A DNA stretch of 64,000 bases, taken from the NCBI RefSeq assembly GCF_004010195.1, contig NC_057739.1, positions 44,535,734-44,599,733 on the forward strand, in the 5' to 3' direction. How positions within the stretch are numbered: position 1 is the stretch's first letter; each line of letters opens with the position of its first letter. A model generated the notes under the pieces. The model was not told where the DNA came from and did no database searches. It saw only the letters and a list, made by a program, of their open reading frames with translations. The stretch comes from Chiloscyllium plagiosum. Its lineage: Eukaryota. Of the stretch, positions 52,586 to 63,630 are shown piece after piece. Position numbers and translations under genes: made by a program.

Positions 52586-53790
52586 AAGTTTGTGAAAAGA
52601 TTTGTAGCTCGGGTGCTCGTTGTTGTTCTGTTTGCCGAGCTGGGAATTTGTGTTGCAGACGTTTCGTCCCCTGTCTAGGTGACATCCTCAGTGCTTGGGA
52701 GCCTCCTGTGAAGCGCTTCTGTGATCTTTCCTCCGGCATTTGTAGTGGTTTGAATCTGCCGCTTCCGGTTGTCAGTTCCAGCTGTCCGTTGCAGTGGCCA
52801 GTATATTGGGTCCAGGTCAATCTGTGGATGAGTGCCATGCCTCTAGGAATTCCCTGGCTATTCTCTGTTTGGCTTGTCCTATAATAGTAGTGTTGTCCCA
52901 GTCAAATTCATGTTGCTTCTCATCTGTGTGTGTGGCTACTAAGGATAGCTGATTGTGTTGTTTCGTGGCTAGTTGGTGTTCATGGATGCGGATCGTTAGC
53001 TGTCTTCCTGTTTGTCCTATGTAGTGTTTTGTGCCGTCCTTGCATGGGATGTTGTACACTACATTGGTTTTGCTCATGCTGGGTATCGGGTCCTTCGTTC
53101 TGGTGAGTTGTTGTCTGAGAGTGGCAATTTCATCAACAGATGCCTAAGGGAAAGACAACGGAACGAGGACATGCCACAACCCAAAGGACTAGCCACACTA
53201 CCATACATCAAGAGCATTTCCGAACTGACAGCCAGATTACTGCGACCACTAGGACTCATAACAGCACACAAACCAACGGCCACTCTCAGACAACAACTCA
53301 CCAGGATGAAGGACCCGACACCCAGCATGAGTGTATAGTGTACAAAATCCCATGCAAGGACTGCACAAAACACTACATAGGACAAACAGGAAGACAGCTA
53401 ATGATCCGCATCCATGAACACCAACTAGCCACGAAACGACACGACCAGCTATCCTTAGTAGCCACACACACAGATGACAAGCAACATGAATTCGACTGGG
53501 ACAACACTACTATTATAGGACAAGCCAAACAACAAGGGAATTCCTATAGGCATGGCACTCATCCACAGATTCAATCCATAAGCACATCGATCTGGACCCA
53601 ATATACCGACCACTGCAACGGACAGCTGGAACTGACAACCGGGGAAGCGGCAGATTCAAACCACTATAAATGCCGGAGGAAAGATCACAGAAGCGCTTTA
53701 CAGGAGGTTCCTAAGCACTGAGGATGTCACCTAGACAGGGGATAAAACGTCTGCAACACAAATTCCCAGCTCGGCGAACAGAACCACAAC
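52586..53790. mobile_element. Penelope-like retroelement, inverted tail-out structure: - arm 52586-53125, + arm 53126-53790; GIY-YIG endonuclease remnant
   Basis: VVYNIPCKD...HYIGQTGRQLTIRIHEH in both arms; 14 bp TSD agcacagcagttcc at 52572-52585 and 53791-53804. Confidence 0.92.
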
Positions 53791-53817
53791 AGCACAGCAG
53801 TTCCTTCAAGCAAAAGC

Positions 53818-54224
53818 TAAAAATCACACAACATTAGGTTATAGTCCAACAGGTTTATTTGGAAGCACTAGCTTTCGGAGCACTGCTCCTTCATCAGGTC
53901 GTTGTGGAGTATAAGATCAACTTAAAGTTTATTTAAGAATGTAACTTTTAAATGTTCTGTGATTTACATATGAAAGAACTGAAACCAACATGTTCATTCT
54001 AAAAGATGAGAGACTTAACAAACAATCCAGGTCTTTTTCAATATATAATTTCAGTTACATCACACTGTAAACTTTTGCTATAAATTCTGTGTTGTACAAT
54101 CTTATTCTCCACAACCACCTAGCATTCCAAAAACTAGTGCTTCCAAATAAACCTGTTGGACTATAACCTGGTGTTGTGTGATTTTTAACTGTACATCCCA
54201 GTCCAACACCGACGCCTCTAAATC
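53818..54224. mobile_element. Family C inverted-repeat element
   Basis: Arms aaaatcacacaac...gtccaacaggtttatttggaagcactag and its reverse complement; hammerhead core at 53866-53900 (- strand). Confidence 0.8.
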
Positions 54225-54519
54225 AAAGAAAAGCATCCTTGAAGAGTCCTGCCCAACTCTGCTGCTCCTCAGATGCTGCCTGACCTGCTATACTTTCCCA
54301 GCACTACACTGTATCTACTCAGAAATGCAAAGTGAAAGAGACATTTGGATAAATACATGAAAAGGAAAGGTTTGGAAGGATATGGGTCAGGTGCAGACAG
54401 GTGGGACTAGTTTGGTTTGGAACAATGTTCGGTGTGGACTGGTTGGGCCGAAGTGTCTGTTTCTGTGCTGTATAAGTCTAAAATATGTGCAGGACTGTGG
54501 GGAACAACCAGGGTGGATA

Positions 54520-54725
54520 AAAAGAAAAACCGAAACCACTTCGGATGCGGTGAATTGGAAACAAAAACAGAAATTGCTCAATGCTCAGCAAGTCTGGCAG
54601 CATGTGTGGAGAGAGAACAGAGTTAACAGAGGTTTCTGAAGAAGGGTGACCGGACCAGAAACATTAACTCTGATTTCTCTCCACAGATGCTGCCAGACCT
54701 GCTGAGCTTTTCCAGCAATTTCTGT
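54520..54725. mobile_element. Family B inverted-repeat element
   Basis: Arms cagaaattgct...cagagttaac / ttaactctg...agcaatttctg; core CTGAAGA...GAAA at ~54636-54666. Confidence 0.7.
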
Positions 54726-55064
54726 CTGATTAAGAAGAAGCCTTGCGTTTCCATAGCATCTTACACAACTTGGAATGTTCCAAAAGACCTTTCCGTTGGA
54801 TAGAAATGGTGTGCAGGGATATGGAGAAAAAATATGAGGTTAGCACTAAGTAACGGAACTCAGTGGGTGAATGGCTTCCTTCTGTGATTCTGTAATTTAT
54901 AACCAATGAACTACTTATGAAGTGAAGTCATAATGTAAGAGAACTTCCCATGCCCTTTTTGGAAACTTTTTCTCTTTTTTTTCTTTTTTTTAAATGGTGA
55001 TGCTGCCAGCAAAATGTTTGCAGTCTGTCCCAAATTACTCCTTCAATTCAATAACTCATGGTAG

Positions 55065-55111
<47 letters not shown>
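55065..55111. repeat. (CT)n/(CTGT)n microsatellite
   Basis: Direct reading. Confidence 0.9.
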
Positions 55112-55114
<3 letters not shown>

Positions 55115-56329
55115 CCACCCCCACCAATAGATGCTGCCAGACCTTTTTGGGTTTTTCCAGCGCTTTCTGTTTTTTTAAATTTCCCTAAGTGCCCCTTCAG
55201 TCATAGTTGAGAGTGTGGTGCTGAAAAAGCACAGCAGGTCATGCAGCATTCTCGAGGAGCAGGAGAATCGACTTTTTGGGCGTAAACCCATATCAGGAAA
55301 TTATGCCCGAAATGTCAACTCCTCTTGACTTTGATCTCCAACATCTGCAGTCCTCATATTCTCCTAGTAGCCCTTTCAGTCAGAAGGTTCTGGGTAGAGT
55401 AGTATTCCGGGATAAAATACAATCCCAGCATGGTACTGAGGGAGTGCTGCAGTGTTAGACATACTGGCTTTCCATTCAGACACTAGGCCAAAACCTCTCC
55501 CTCCCTCCCTTCCTTAGGTGAATTGAAATCCTGAGGGGCTGGCTCACACTCTGGAGTTGAGTCCAAATCCCAATATGGCAGCTGTTGGAATTTAACTTCA
55601 ATTACTAAAATTCTGAGATGTAAAACTAATCACCGTGAAGGCGACTAACAATCTACCATCAGCTTCTGTAAAAGCCCATCTGGTTCATTGATTTCCTGAC
55701 GAACTCTGGCTGACTTATGACTCCAGCCCCAAAGCTAAGATTGACATCCAGCTGCCCCTCTGCAATGGCCTAACAAACCATTCAGTTTAAGGCGTCATGA
55801 AGCATGGACAATAATATTTTGATAGTGGCATAATCAAGGGAAAAAATAATAAAGAGAAAAAAGTTCAAAGTTTTCCTAAATTATAACAGCGATGTCACAA
55901 GAAGTTCATTTGCTGTAAAGAGCTTTCGCACACTCCAAGGTCATGAAAGGTGCTATGGAAATGCAATCCTTCTTTGTAATCCACTTAATTGTTCTCCAGA
56001 GAAGTGAGAAAACCAGGGAGCACAGATTTCAAGTCATTGTGGAATGATTAGTGGGGATGTGAGAACACATTTTTTCACCCAGAACGTAGTAAGCATCAGG
56101 AACTCATTGTCTGAAAAGGTGGTCGAAGTAAAAACCTTCATTTAAAACCTAATTTAAAAGTATTTTATTGTTTACTTGAAGGAGCGTGACCTGCAGGTCT
56201 AAAGACCAACTGCACAAAGCTGGGAGTAGCTGATTAGCTCATCACAAGCCATCACATATGATGGCCTGACTGTCTAGCTTCTATGCTGTAATTTTTCTGA
56301 TTCTATAATGATTAATTGTCCTTTTAAAA

Positions 56330-57100
56330 TTTGTTCATGAGATGTGCTTTGGTGGTGAAAGCAGGAAATGTTGAAGCTGGTGAATGGGATACCCAGTCAA
56401 GCTGGCTGCTTTGTCCTGGATAGTGTTGAGTTTATTGAGTGTTGTTGGAGCTGCACACATCCAGACAAGTGGGGAAGTACTCCATCTTGTGATTTGTGGA
56501 CAGGCTTTGGGAGACCAGAGGGGAGTTACTTGCTTCAGAATTCCCAGCTTCTGACTTGTTCTCGTAGTCAAAGTATTTTATGTAGATGGTCCTGTTAAAC
56601 TTCTGAGCAATGGTAACACCCCCAAGCTGTTGATAGTGGGGATTCAGTGATGGTAATGTCATTGAATGCCAAGGGGTGAAGATTAAATTCTCTCTTTTTT
56701 TTAAGATTACTTACAGTGTGGAAATAGGCCCTTCGGCCCAACAAGTCCACACCGACCCACCAAAGCGCGACCCACCAAAGCGCAACCCACCCAGACCCAT
56801 TCCCCTACATTTACCCCTGCCCCTAGCACTACGGGCAATTTAGCATGGGCAACTCACCTAACCTGCACATTTTTGGACTGTGGGAGGAAACCGGAGCAAA
56901 CCCACGCAGACATGGAGAGAATGTGCAAACTCCACACAGGCAGTCACCTGAGTCGGTAATTGAACCCAGGTCTGTGGCACTGTGAGACAGCAGTGCTAAC
57001 CGCTGTACCACCGTGCCGCTCTTATTGGAGATGGTCATTGCTTGACATTTGTGTGGCATCTTTGTGTCAATTGTCATCCTTAGCCTGGATATTGTCTCAA
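56330..57100 (-). mobile_element. L2/Crack-like LINE fragment interrupted by an HE1-like SINE
   Basis: KLGILKQVTPL...PLVWMCAAPTTLNKLNTIQDKAA; KCQAMTISNK continues beyond the SINE. Confidence 0.65.
56706..57018 (-). mobile_element. Full-length HE1-like V-SINE
   Basis: Head CGGCACGGTGGTACAGCGGTTAGCAC, B box GGGTTCAATT, V-domain, CR1-type tail. Confidence 0.9.
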
Positions 57101-57231
57101 TGTTTTTGGCTTCATGTTATGGTAGAATGATATCCTATTTTTATACTGTAAGGCAATGTATGTCCATAAATCATGTTTCCTTCAGGACTAATTTGTATTT
57201 ATTTTGCTTTATTTTTGATGATCCCCCGTAG

Positions 57232-57341
57232 AATCCTAACTTAAATCAAAACGTCTGGAACAACTTGGAGAAATACTGTCGGAGCCTGACCAAGTACAAC
57301 AAGAATGTGTACATCTGCACTGGACCCCTGTACCTGCCGAG
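57232..57341 (+). CDS. ENDOG: ENDOG exon 2 (NPNLNQNVWNNLEKYCRSLTKYNKNVYICTGPLYLPR)
   Basis: cgtag acceptor, gtatga donor; LNQNxWNNLE metal-binding helix. Confidence 0.96.
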
Positions 57342-57689
57342 GTATGACCCATCTATCTGTCGGGTTAAGTAGAAACAGTGACTAAAATACAGCTTTAATT
57401 CAGACGATTTCAACACACATCTTCATATGGCTGAGAAATGAAGCTGTTTCTTTGGGCTACACGGGCTGGGTAAGTCCCAGTGTCATTTGTTGGTTTATCC
57501 TGCGTTAGCTGATCACAGGCAGAGCAGCACATTGCTCCATCGCCTAAGGAAGATTTTCTTTAAAAAGTAAGTTAGCAGGAGCCATTGCAGCAGAGATTCA
57601 CCCATTCATAATGGGACACAGCCACGTTCTTTTGCAATCATAACACAAAAAGCTGTTTCAACACCTACAGCAAGAGCAGGCAGTTAGAA

Positions 57690-58195
57690 ACAAGGGAGAC
57701 ATGAATGAAGATTTCCAAGAATAGGGTGACAAGGCTAAGAAGTCTTGCTCCAGTTGTACAGGGACCACACCTGGTGTTCTGAGTACAATTTGATCTCCAT
57801 ATTTCAGAAAGGATATACTGGTGTTGGAAGCATTGAGGACACAGCTCACTAGGTTAGTGCCTGGGATGCGAACGGTGAGGGGTGTGTACAATTGAGGTGG
57901 GGAATAATCTCAGGATAAGGGGTTGATCATTTAACACAGAGATGAGGAGCAATGTCATCTCTCAGAGTGTGGTGAATCCTTAGAATGCTCCACCTAACAG
58001 CAAGATGCATGCTCCATCACTGAATACATTTAGGGTTGGGATAGACAGATTTTCAGTGTTTCAGGGAATCGAGGGATAAGGGCACTTTTGGGAAACTGGA
58101 GTTGAGGCAGCAGGTCGGCCATAATTATGCTGAATGTCAGGACACATTCAAGGGGCTGAATGGCCATAACTTGATCCTGTTTCTCATGTTCTTAT
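57690..58195 (+). mobile_element. Old CR1 3' fragment
   Basis: Decayed QFxSPY...RVVN motifs and CR1-type 3' UTR. Confidence 0.65.
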
Positions 58196-58204
58196 AAAAA
58201 ATGT

Positions 58205-58655
58205 CTTCTTGTAAATTTATTCCCGGATGTGGACATCACTGACTAGGCCACCATTTAATGCCCATCCCAGTTGCCCTGTTGAGAATCAACCACATCTCTG
58301 TAATGTGGAGTCACATATAGACCAGAGCAGAGATGGAAATGTGTTGCTGGAAAAGCGCAGCAGGTCAGGCAGCATCTAGGGAACAGGAGAATTGACGTTT
58401 CGGGCATTAGCCCTTCTTCAGGAATCCAGAGCAGGTAAGGACAGCAGTTTCCTTCCCAATGGATATAGTAAACCAGATGGAATTTTTCCAATAATTGACA
58501 ATAGTTTCAAGGTCATCATTAGGCTCTTCATTCCCATTTTTTATTGAACTTAAATTCCATTATCTGCCATGGTGGGATTTGAACCCAGGTTCTCAGAACT
58601 TTACCTTGGTGTCTGGATTAATAGTCTAGTGATAATACCACTACCATTGCCTCCC
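58205..58655 (-). mobile_element. tRNA-type SINE interrupted by a family A fragment (58331-58425)
   Basis: TSD ccagagcag at 58322-58330 and 58426-58434; core at 58394-58422 (- strand). Confidence 0.75.
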
Positions 58656-58731
58656 TGGCTCTCCTCAGGATGTGAAGAATGCTTTAAGAATTAAAGTTAT
58701 TTTAAAATTGGCATTTATTTTTTTTAAATAG

Positions 58732-59014
58732 GTTGGAACCGGATGGGAAGGTTTACGTGAAGTATGAGGTCATAGGGAAGAATCATGTTGCAGTGCCAAC
58801 ACACATTTTCAAAGTGGTGATACTGGAGAAGCACAGCGGAGAAATCGAATTGCAGTCATACGTGATGCCCAATCAGCCAGTGCAGGAGAACATCCCCCTC
58901 GAACGCTTCCTGGTGCCAATTGAAAGCATCGAGCGGGCATCGGGGGTGCTCTTTGTCAGTAATATTCTAAAAAGAACCAATAATCTAAAGACCATAACTG
59001 CTGGTAGTAAGTAA
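58732..59014 (+). CDS. ENDOG: ENDOG exon 3 (LEPDGKVYVKYEVIGKNHVAVPTH...IERASGVLFVSNILKRTNNLKTITAGSK*)
   Basis: aatag acceptor, TAA stop; total CDS 885 nt = 294 aa; ITAGSK C-terminus as in human. Confidence 0.96.
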
Positions 59015-60869
59015 CAGCACTTTGAACTGTGACTTAGTTCTGAATTGTTCAGGGGAAGAGTGTAAATCTGTTGTTGCTCAGTGAGATGCTCAAAATTGTT
59101 TTTTCCTAATTCCTTTGAATGTTTTTCAGCATTAAATATCCCCATAGACATATGATGTAATATATGTGTGATATATATTACATCCACCTTCGCTAATTCA
59201 CATTCATTTTTGAATAATTGAATGCTTTTCATTCCCAATGTATTATGGGAATGAACTATTATCAGAATATGTTAAGATTTCTCCTTAAAGTAACTTCAGG
59301 CTATCTTGCTGCAGCTTCGACAAAACAGAAAGCTCTGATTTTTAAAAAATTTGTATGTGAGATGTGGGTATCATTGGGATAAGACTGGCTTTAGTTTTCA
59401 TCCCTCATTAACAAGTTGGTGGGGGTTTACCTTGCCTGACTCCTGCAGTCAACACACGGTGTGTTTGCTGCTGTTTCCTACAACAAAGGCAAGTTCCAGA
59501 ATTTTGATCAAGGATGAGGATGAGGAACCTATTTTTTAAGTTAGGGTGATGTGTGATTGGAAATGTCCCTGTCTTCAAGTTACTGGAGGTTGTAAAAGCC
59601 TTGGCAAGTGGATGTGCACTATCAGGACGTGATGGCCAAAAGCAAAGGATTTCATCTGAAGGACGCATGTCTTGCTAGTGCTACCTTCCCCGAAGTGGAG
59701 AAAAGTCTCATCTGGCTCTCTGATTCCAGTTTCAGATCTTTGATGCAACTGAAATGAACTATGTTCCACAGGATCTTGATTGATGGTATCAGCACAGCCT
59801 ATTTACTGTTAATGTCTCATTGCCTGGGTTTGAACTATGAGACAATTATCACCATCCACACCCACTCAGTAAGAATGCAGTTCCTGTGGATCATGGGCAG
59901 GACACGAGTTTACATCAGGTGTCTTGCTACAGTGCTACGTTTGGAGAAAATACATGTGACAAATTCTCAAACTAACTTTTCTGTGGAATGGGGACATGAT
60001 AATGTTTGTAACAAACTTCTAACTTAATATTGGTTCTGGGTAAGCCAAATTGAATTTGGCAATATTTTAAGATTGTACTTAAGTAATGCACTTTCTGTAT
60101 GTTAATGGGGCAGGATCATAGGACACAGAATTTATGGTAAAAGATCAATGTATCATACAACTGATGCGATGTGTTGAACAAACCTAGATTGCTGTTAAGT
60201 CTTTAATCACTTAGAATGGGGTTGCAGGCTTTGATTGATTAATATGTAAATCCTGGAACTTCTTGGATGATCTCTCAGCTCATCTGGTTCTTATTTCCAA
60301 AGTAGGAATTTTTAAAACGTTACATAGACTGACTGCCGATAGATTGTGTGCATTTTGAACAAAATAGAATGTATCTGCAGATTTGTTTAACCTGGTGTTG
60401 TGTGATTTTTAAATTTGTCTACCCCAGTCCAACACTGGAACCTCCACATCATGTGTATTAATGGTTTATCCATCAGACTCGATCAAAATTGAAACTTAGC
60501 ATAATGTATTAAAAACAAAATAGTGGAAACACTCAACAGGTCTGGTAGTTTTTGTAGAGAGTTATCATTTCAGGTCAGTAATCTTTCATCAGAACAATGA
60601 TCAGGTGTCAAACAATAGAAGGATTCAGAGGATGGTCGAAAAGATTGATTTTGGAAGCTTTAAATGAAAACATGCAGAGCTAGCAACAAAGGGAACTTTG
60701 TAATCCATTAGTCATTGAGTCTTCTTGCTGCTGGTCAACCTACTGAAGGTAAATACACTGAAATCTTGTTGAGAAAAATATTTTACGTTTTGAAAGTATA
60801 TTTTACAAAAGATTGTTAATTATGATGTAAAATCCCCAGCATCATTACTGTTTATTTTAGTATTTATAA

Positions 60870-60875
60870 AATAAA
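60870..60875 (+). terminator. Candidate ENDOG polyadenylation signal AATAAA (alternative ATTAAA at 59131)
   Basis: Motif in AT-rich context about 600 bp before the next start codon. Confidence 0.45.
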
Positions 60876-61044
60876 CAAAGTTTAATCATAAATGTGTAAC
60901 TCTATCATTTTGCCTTGTGAAGCATCGTCCGTGAGTGTAAATATTTTAACTTGAACTCCATGAAGGCACTTATGGGTGATATACCAGAATATGCTTTATT
61001 CAAAGAATAATCTGCAATTTTAAAACAATTGCGTTGTATTTACT

Positions 61045-61350
61045 GGGATGCAGGGAAAGGGGTATTTGCTGGGCAGACCCAGGTGGGTGGATTTGCTGAG
61101 ACACTTGGAGAGGAAGTTATTTACAGGATCTCAGGGAGATGGGTATTTATAGGGAGGGGATTTTCCAGGGATAGGGTATTACAAAGAGGGGGTATTTGGG
61201 GTGTTTATAGAGGGAGGGGTTTTTTACAGGGAGGATGCTTTTTGGGGGTATATATAGAGNNNNNNNNNNNNNNTGGTATTTTGATAGGTCTATAGAGGGA
61301 GGGGGGTAATTAGGGGGATGGGGTTATTTATGGGAGGGGGTTTTCCAGGG
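61045..61350. repeat. Degenerate G-rich tandem repeat (~20 bp, GGGTATTTATAGGGAGGGG-like) containing an assembly gap (N at 61260-61273)
   Basis: Direct reading. Confidence 0.8.
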
Positions 61351-61351
61351 A

Positions 61352-61472
61352 CAGCGCCACCAGCTGGTTCCAAATGTTACAGCGGATGGACCAATAGGAG
61401 CGGAGCTTGTGGCTCTCGCCCAGCGGCCAATTGGAGCGGCCGTTACTGTGAGGTGGTGCGGCCAACATGGCG
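61352..61472 (+). promoter_or_regulatory. TATA-less CpG promoter: CTCF-like motif (61352-61367), CCAAT boxes (61391, 61427), YY1-like AACATGGCG overlapping the ATG
   Basis: cagcgccaccagctgg, ccaat, ccaattgg, caacatggcgg. Confidence 0.65.
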
Positions 61473-61502
61473 GAGAGGGAGAATGTGTGGACAGAGCGGA
61501 AG
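61467..61502 (+). CDS. SPOUT1: First coding exon (MAERENVWTERK) of the next gene, probably SPOUT1/C9orf114
   Basis: Strong Kozak gccaacATGG, AAG|gtgagt donor, CpG island; MAER start and TBC1D13-ENDOG-SPOUT1 neighbourhood recalled from human; only 12 aa are visible. Confidence 0.55.
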
Positions 61503-61730
61503 GTGAGTGCGGCCGAGAACCTGGGGCTCTCTCCCCTCCCCCCCTCCCCCCTCAGTCGGTCCGGGCTACAGGGAGAAGCTGTTTCCTTTCCGTCTCCCTC
61601 TCCCGGGGCCGGGATCACCCTGAAGCTGCTTTCCGAGAGAGTTTGATCCAGCGGCGCCTTGAGGGCAGCAGTGAGCCGGGGGGAGTGAGGGGGTGCTCAC
61701 ATTGAGATATTCAGTAATACTCTGCTCAGA

Positions 61731-61926
61731 GGTTAAAAAAACCACACAGCACCAGGTTATAGTCCAACAGGTTTATTTGGAAACACCATCCTTCGGAGTG
61801 CTGCCAGGTCGTCAACCACCTGAAGGAGCAGCGCTTCCAAATAAACCTGTTGGACTATAACCTGGTGTTGTGTCTTTTTTTTTAGACTTTGTCCACCTCA
61901 GTCCAACACTGGCACCTCCACATCAT
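61731..61926. mobile_element. Family C inverted-repeat element
   Basis: caccaggttatagtccaacaggtttatttggaa and its reverse complement, plus ~38 nt tail. Confidence 0.8.
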
Positions 61927-61993
61927 GTTCAGAGATTGTATTGCATCTTGAAGCTGGACCCCCTGGCTCAGAGGTAGGGACATTACCACTAGA

Positions 61994-62141
61994 TTCTGGA
62001 TCAATGCCTTTATTCCTGATGATGGGCTTTTGCCCGAAACGTTGATTTTGCTGAAGCTCCTCGGATGCTGCCTGAATTGCTGTGCTCTTCCAGCACCATT
62101 GATCCAGAATCTGGTTTCCAGCATCTGCAGTCATTGTTTTT
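61994..62141 (+). mobile_element. Family A element with hammerhead core and a 16 bp inverted arm
   Basis: TSD acattaccactaga at 61980-61993 and 62142-62155; core CTGATGA-T-GGGC-tttt-GCCC-GAAA-CG-TT from 62016. Confidence 0.8.
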
Positions 62142-62419
62142 ACATTACCACTAGAGCCACTCCCAGCCTCACGTTTGCAGACACAGCAAATGCAAGGCTT
62201 CTTTAAAGGTTAAACATGAAATACTTTCTAATCAACCTTCAGCTGGAGCAGGTGGGATTTAAACCCAGGCCTCCTGCTCAGTGGTGGGTATCTATCACCA
62301 TGCCGTAAGAACCTGGCCAAGGTAATGTCGCCATAGTCTTACCAAACCATACAGGTGTTATCTCCTGAGAGATGACTGGTGGTATTTTAACCTAATGGTC
62401 ACCACGTCTCGGGTAAGAA

Positions 62420-62940
62420 CTAGGAGCAGGAGTAGCCCATCTGGATCTTCAAGCCTGCTCCACCATTCAGTAAGATCATGGCTGATCTTCTTGTGGCCTC
62501 AGTTCCACTTACCTGCCCTCTCACCATGACCCTTAATTCCTTTATTGTTTAAAAAAATCATCTATTTTAGCTTATAAAAACATTTACTGAGGAAACCTCA
62601 AGCACTTCACTGGGCAGGGAATTCCATCGATTCACAACTCTCTGGGTGAAGAAATTCCTTTTCAATTCAAGGAATTGTAAATCTGTACCCTCTAATTTTG
62701 AGACTATGCCCTTTTGCTTTAGTTTCACCTGCCAGTGGAAACATGCTTTCTACTTCTGTTTTGTCTATACCCTTCATAATTTTATGTATTTCTGTAAGAT
62801 CCTCCCTCATTCTTCTAAATTCCAATGAATATAATCCCAGTCTATTTAGACTCTCCTTATAAGCCATCCTCCTCAACTTCAAAGTCAACCTGTGAACCAC
62901 CTCTGCAGCCCTTGTTGTGCTGTTACATCCTTTCTCAAAG
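62420..62940 (-). mobile_element. CR1 3' fragment
   Basis: YKESLNRLGLYSLEFRRMREDL...KGHSLKIRG. Confidence 0.85.
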
Positions 62941-63149
62941 GGTGGGGTTAAGAAGGAGAGTCCTTCCTGGTGACCCCAGCCAGTGCAAGAATTGAATCCA
63001 CACCATACGTATCACTCTGCATTGCAACTAGTCGTCCAGACAACTGAGTTTCATCCTTGGCAGACCCTCCCTCCGACAGCAGCAGAGGGATGCTCAATTT
63101 CACCAGAAAAATGAGAGCCATGGATTTCTATAGCAGTTGTTACAGCTCC

Positions 63150-63630
63150 TGAGATTTTGATCTTCGGTTGGTGGGGTTGTCTTTTGGATAAGACCTTAAG
63201 TCCTGCCTGCTTGGGTGGATGGAATGTTCCCATGGCATGTATTTTGAAGAGTAGGGGCCTGGTTCTATCCTGACCAATGTTTATCCATCAATCAAAGCAC
63301 TAAAAGCAAGGTGCTGAAGAATTTCAGCAGGTCTTGTAGCATTAGTGGAGAAAGAAATAATCCTACTCTCAGTGCAGTACTGAAAGAACGCTGCACTGTC
63401 ATCTGTATAAGTTGTTAAGCAGGATCCTGTTCACCCCTTCAAATGGATGTATAAGATCCCATTGTCATTCCTGTCAATTCTGACTCCCCTCAACCAACAT
63501 TATCAGTTTGCTGTCAGCTCAACCTTCCTGTGCACAAGTTGGTGATGCATTTCTGTGCTGTACAGTACAGTAACTGTACTTCAAAAGTATATTCTGAAGC
63601 TGTGAAAAATACTTCATAAATATGAGTTAT
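63150..63630 (+). mobile_element. Degenerate DeuSINE-like copies (similar remnants at ~19040-19300 and ~38470-38790)
   Basis: ggatgt...aagatccc(a)tggca...tttgaaga...cctgaccaat...ttatcc pattern resembles the Deu domain; highly decayed. Confidence 0.4.

Noticed and set aside
52817-53721. GIY-YIG ORFs as a nuclease partner of ENDOG
   Set aside because: Frameshifted Penelope remnant bounded by a TSD; the location in a nuclease gene looks coincidental
56950-57018. tRNA gene
   Set aside because: A/B boxes are the head of an HE1-like SINE, followed by the V-domain; no complete cloverleaf seen
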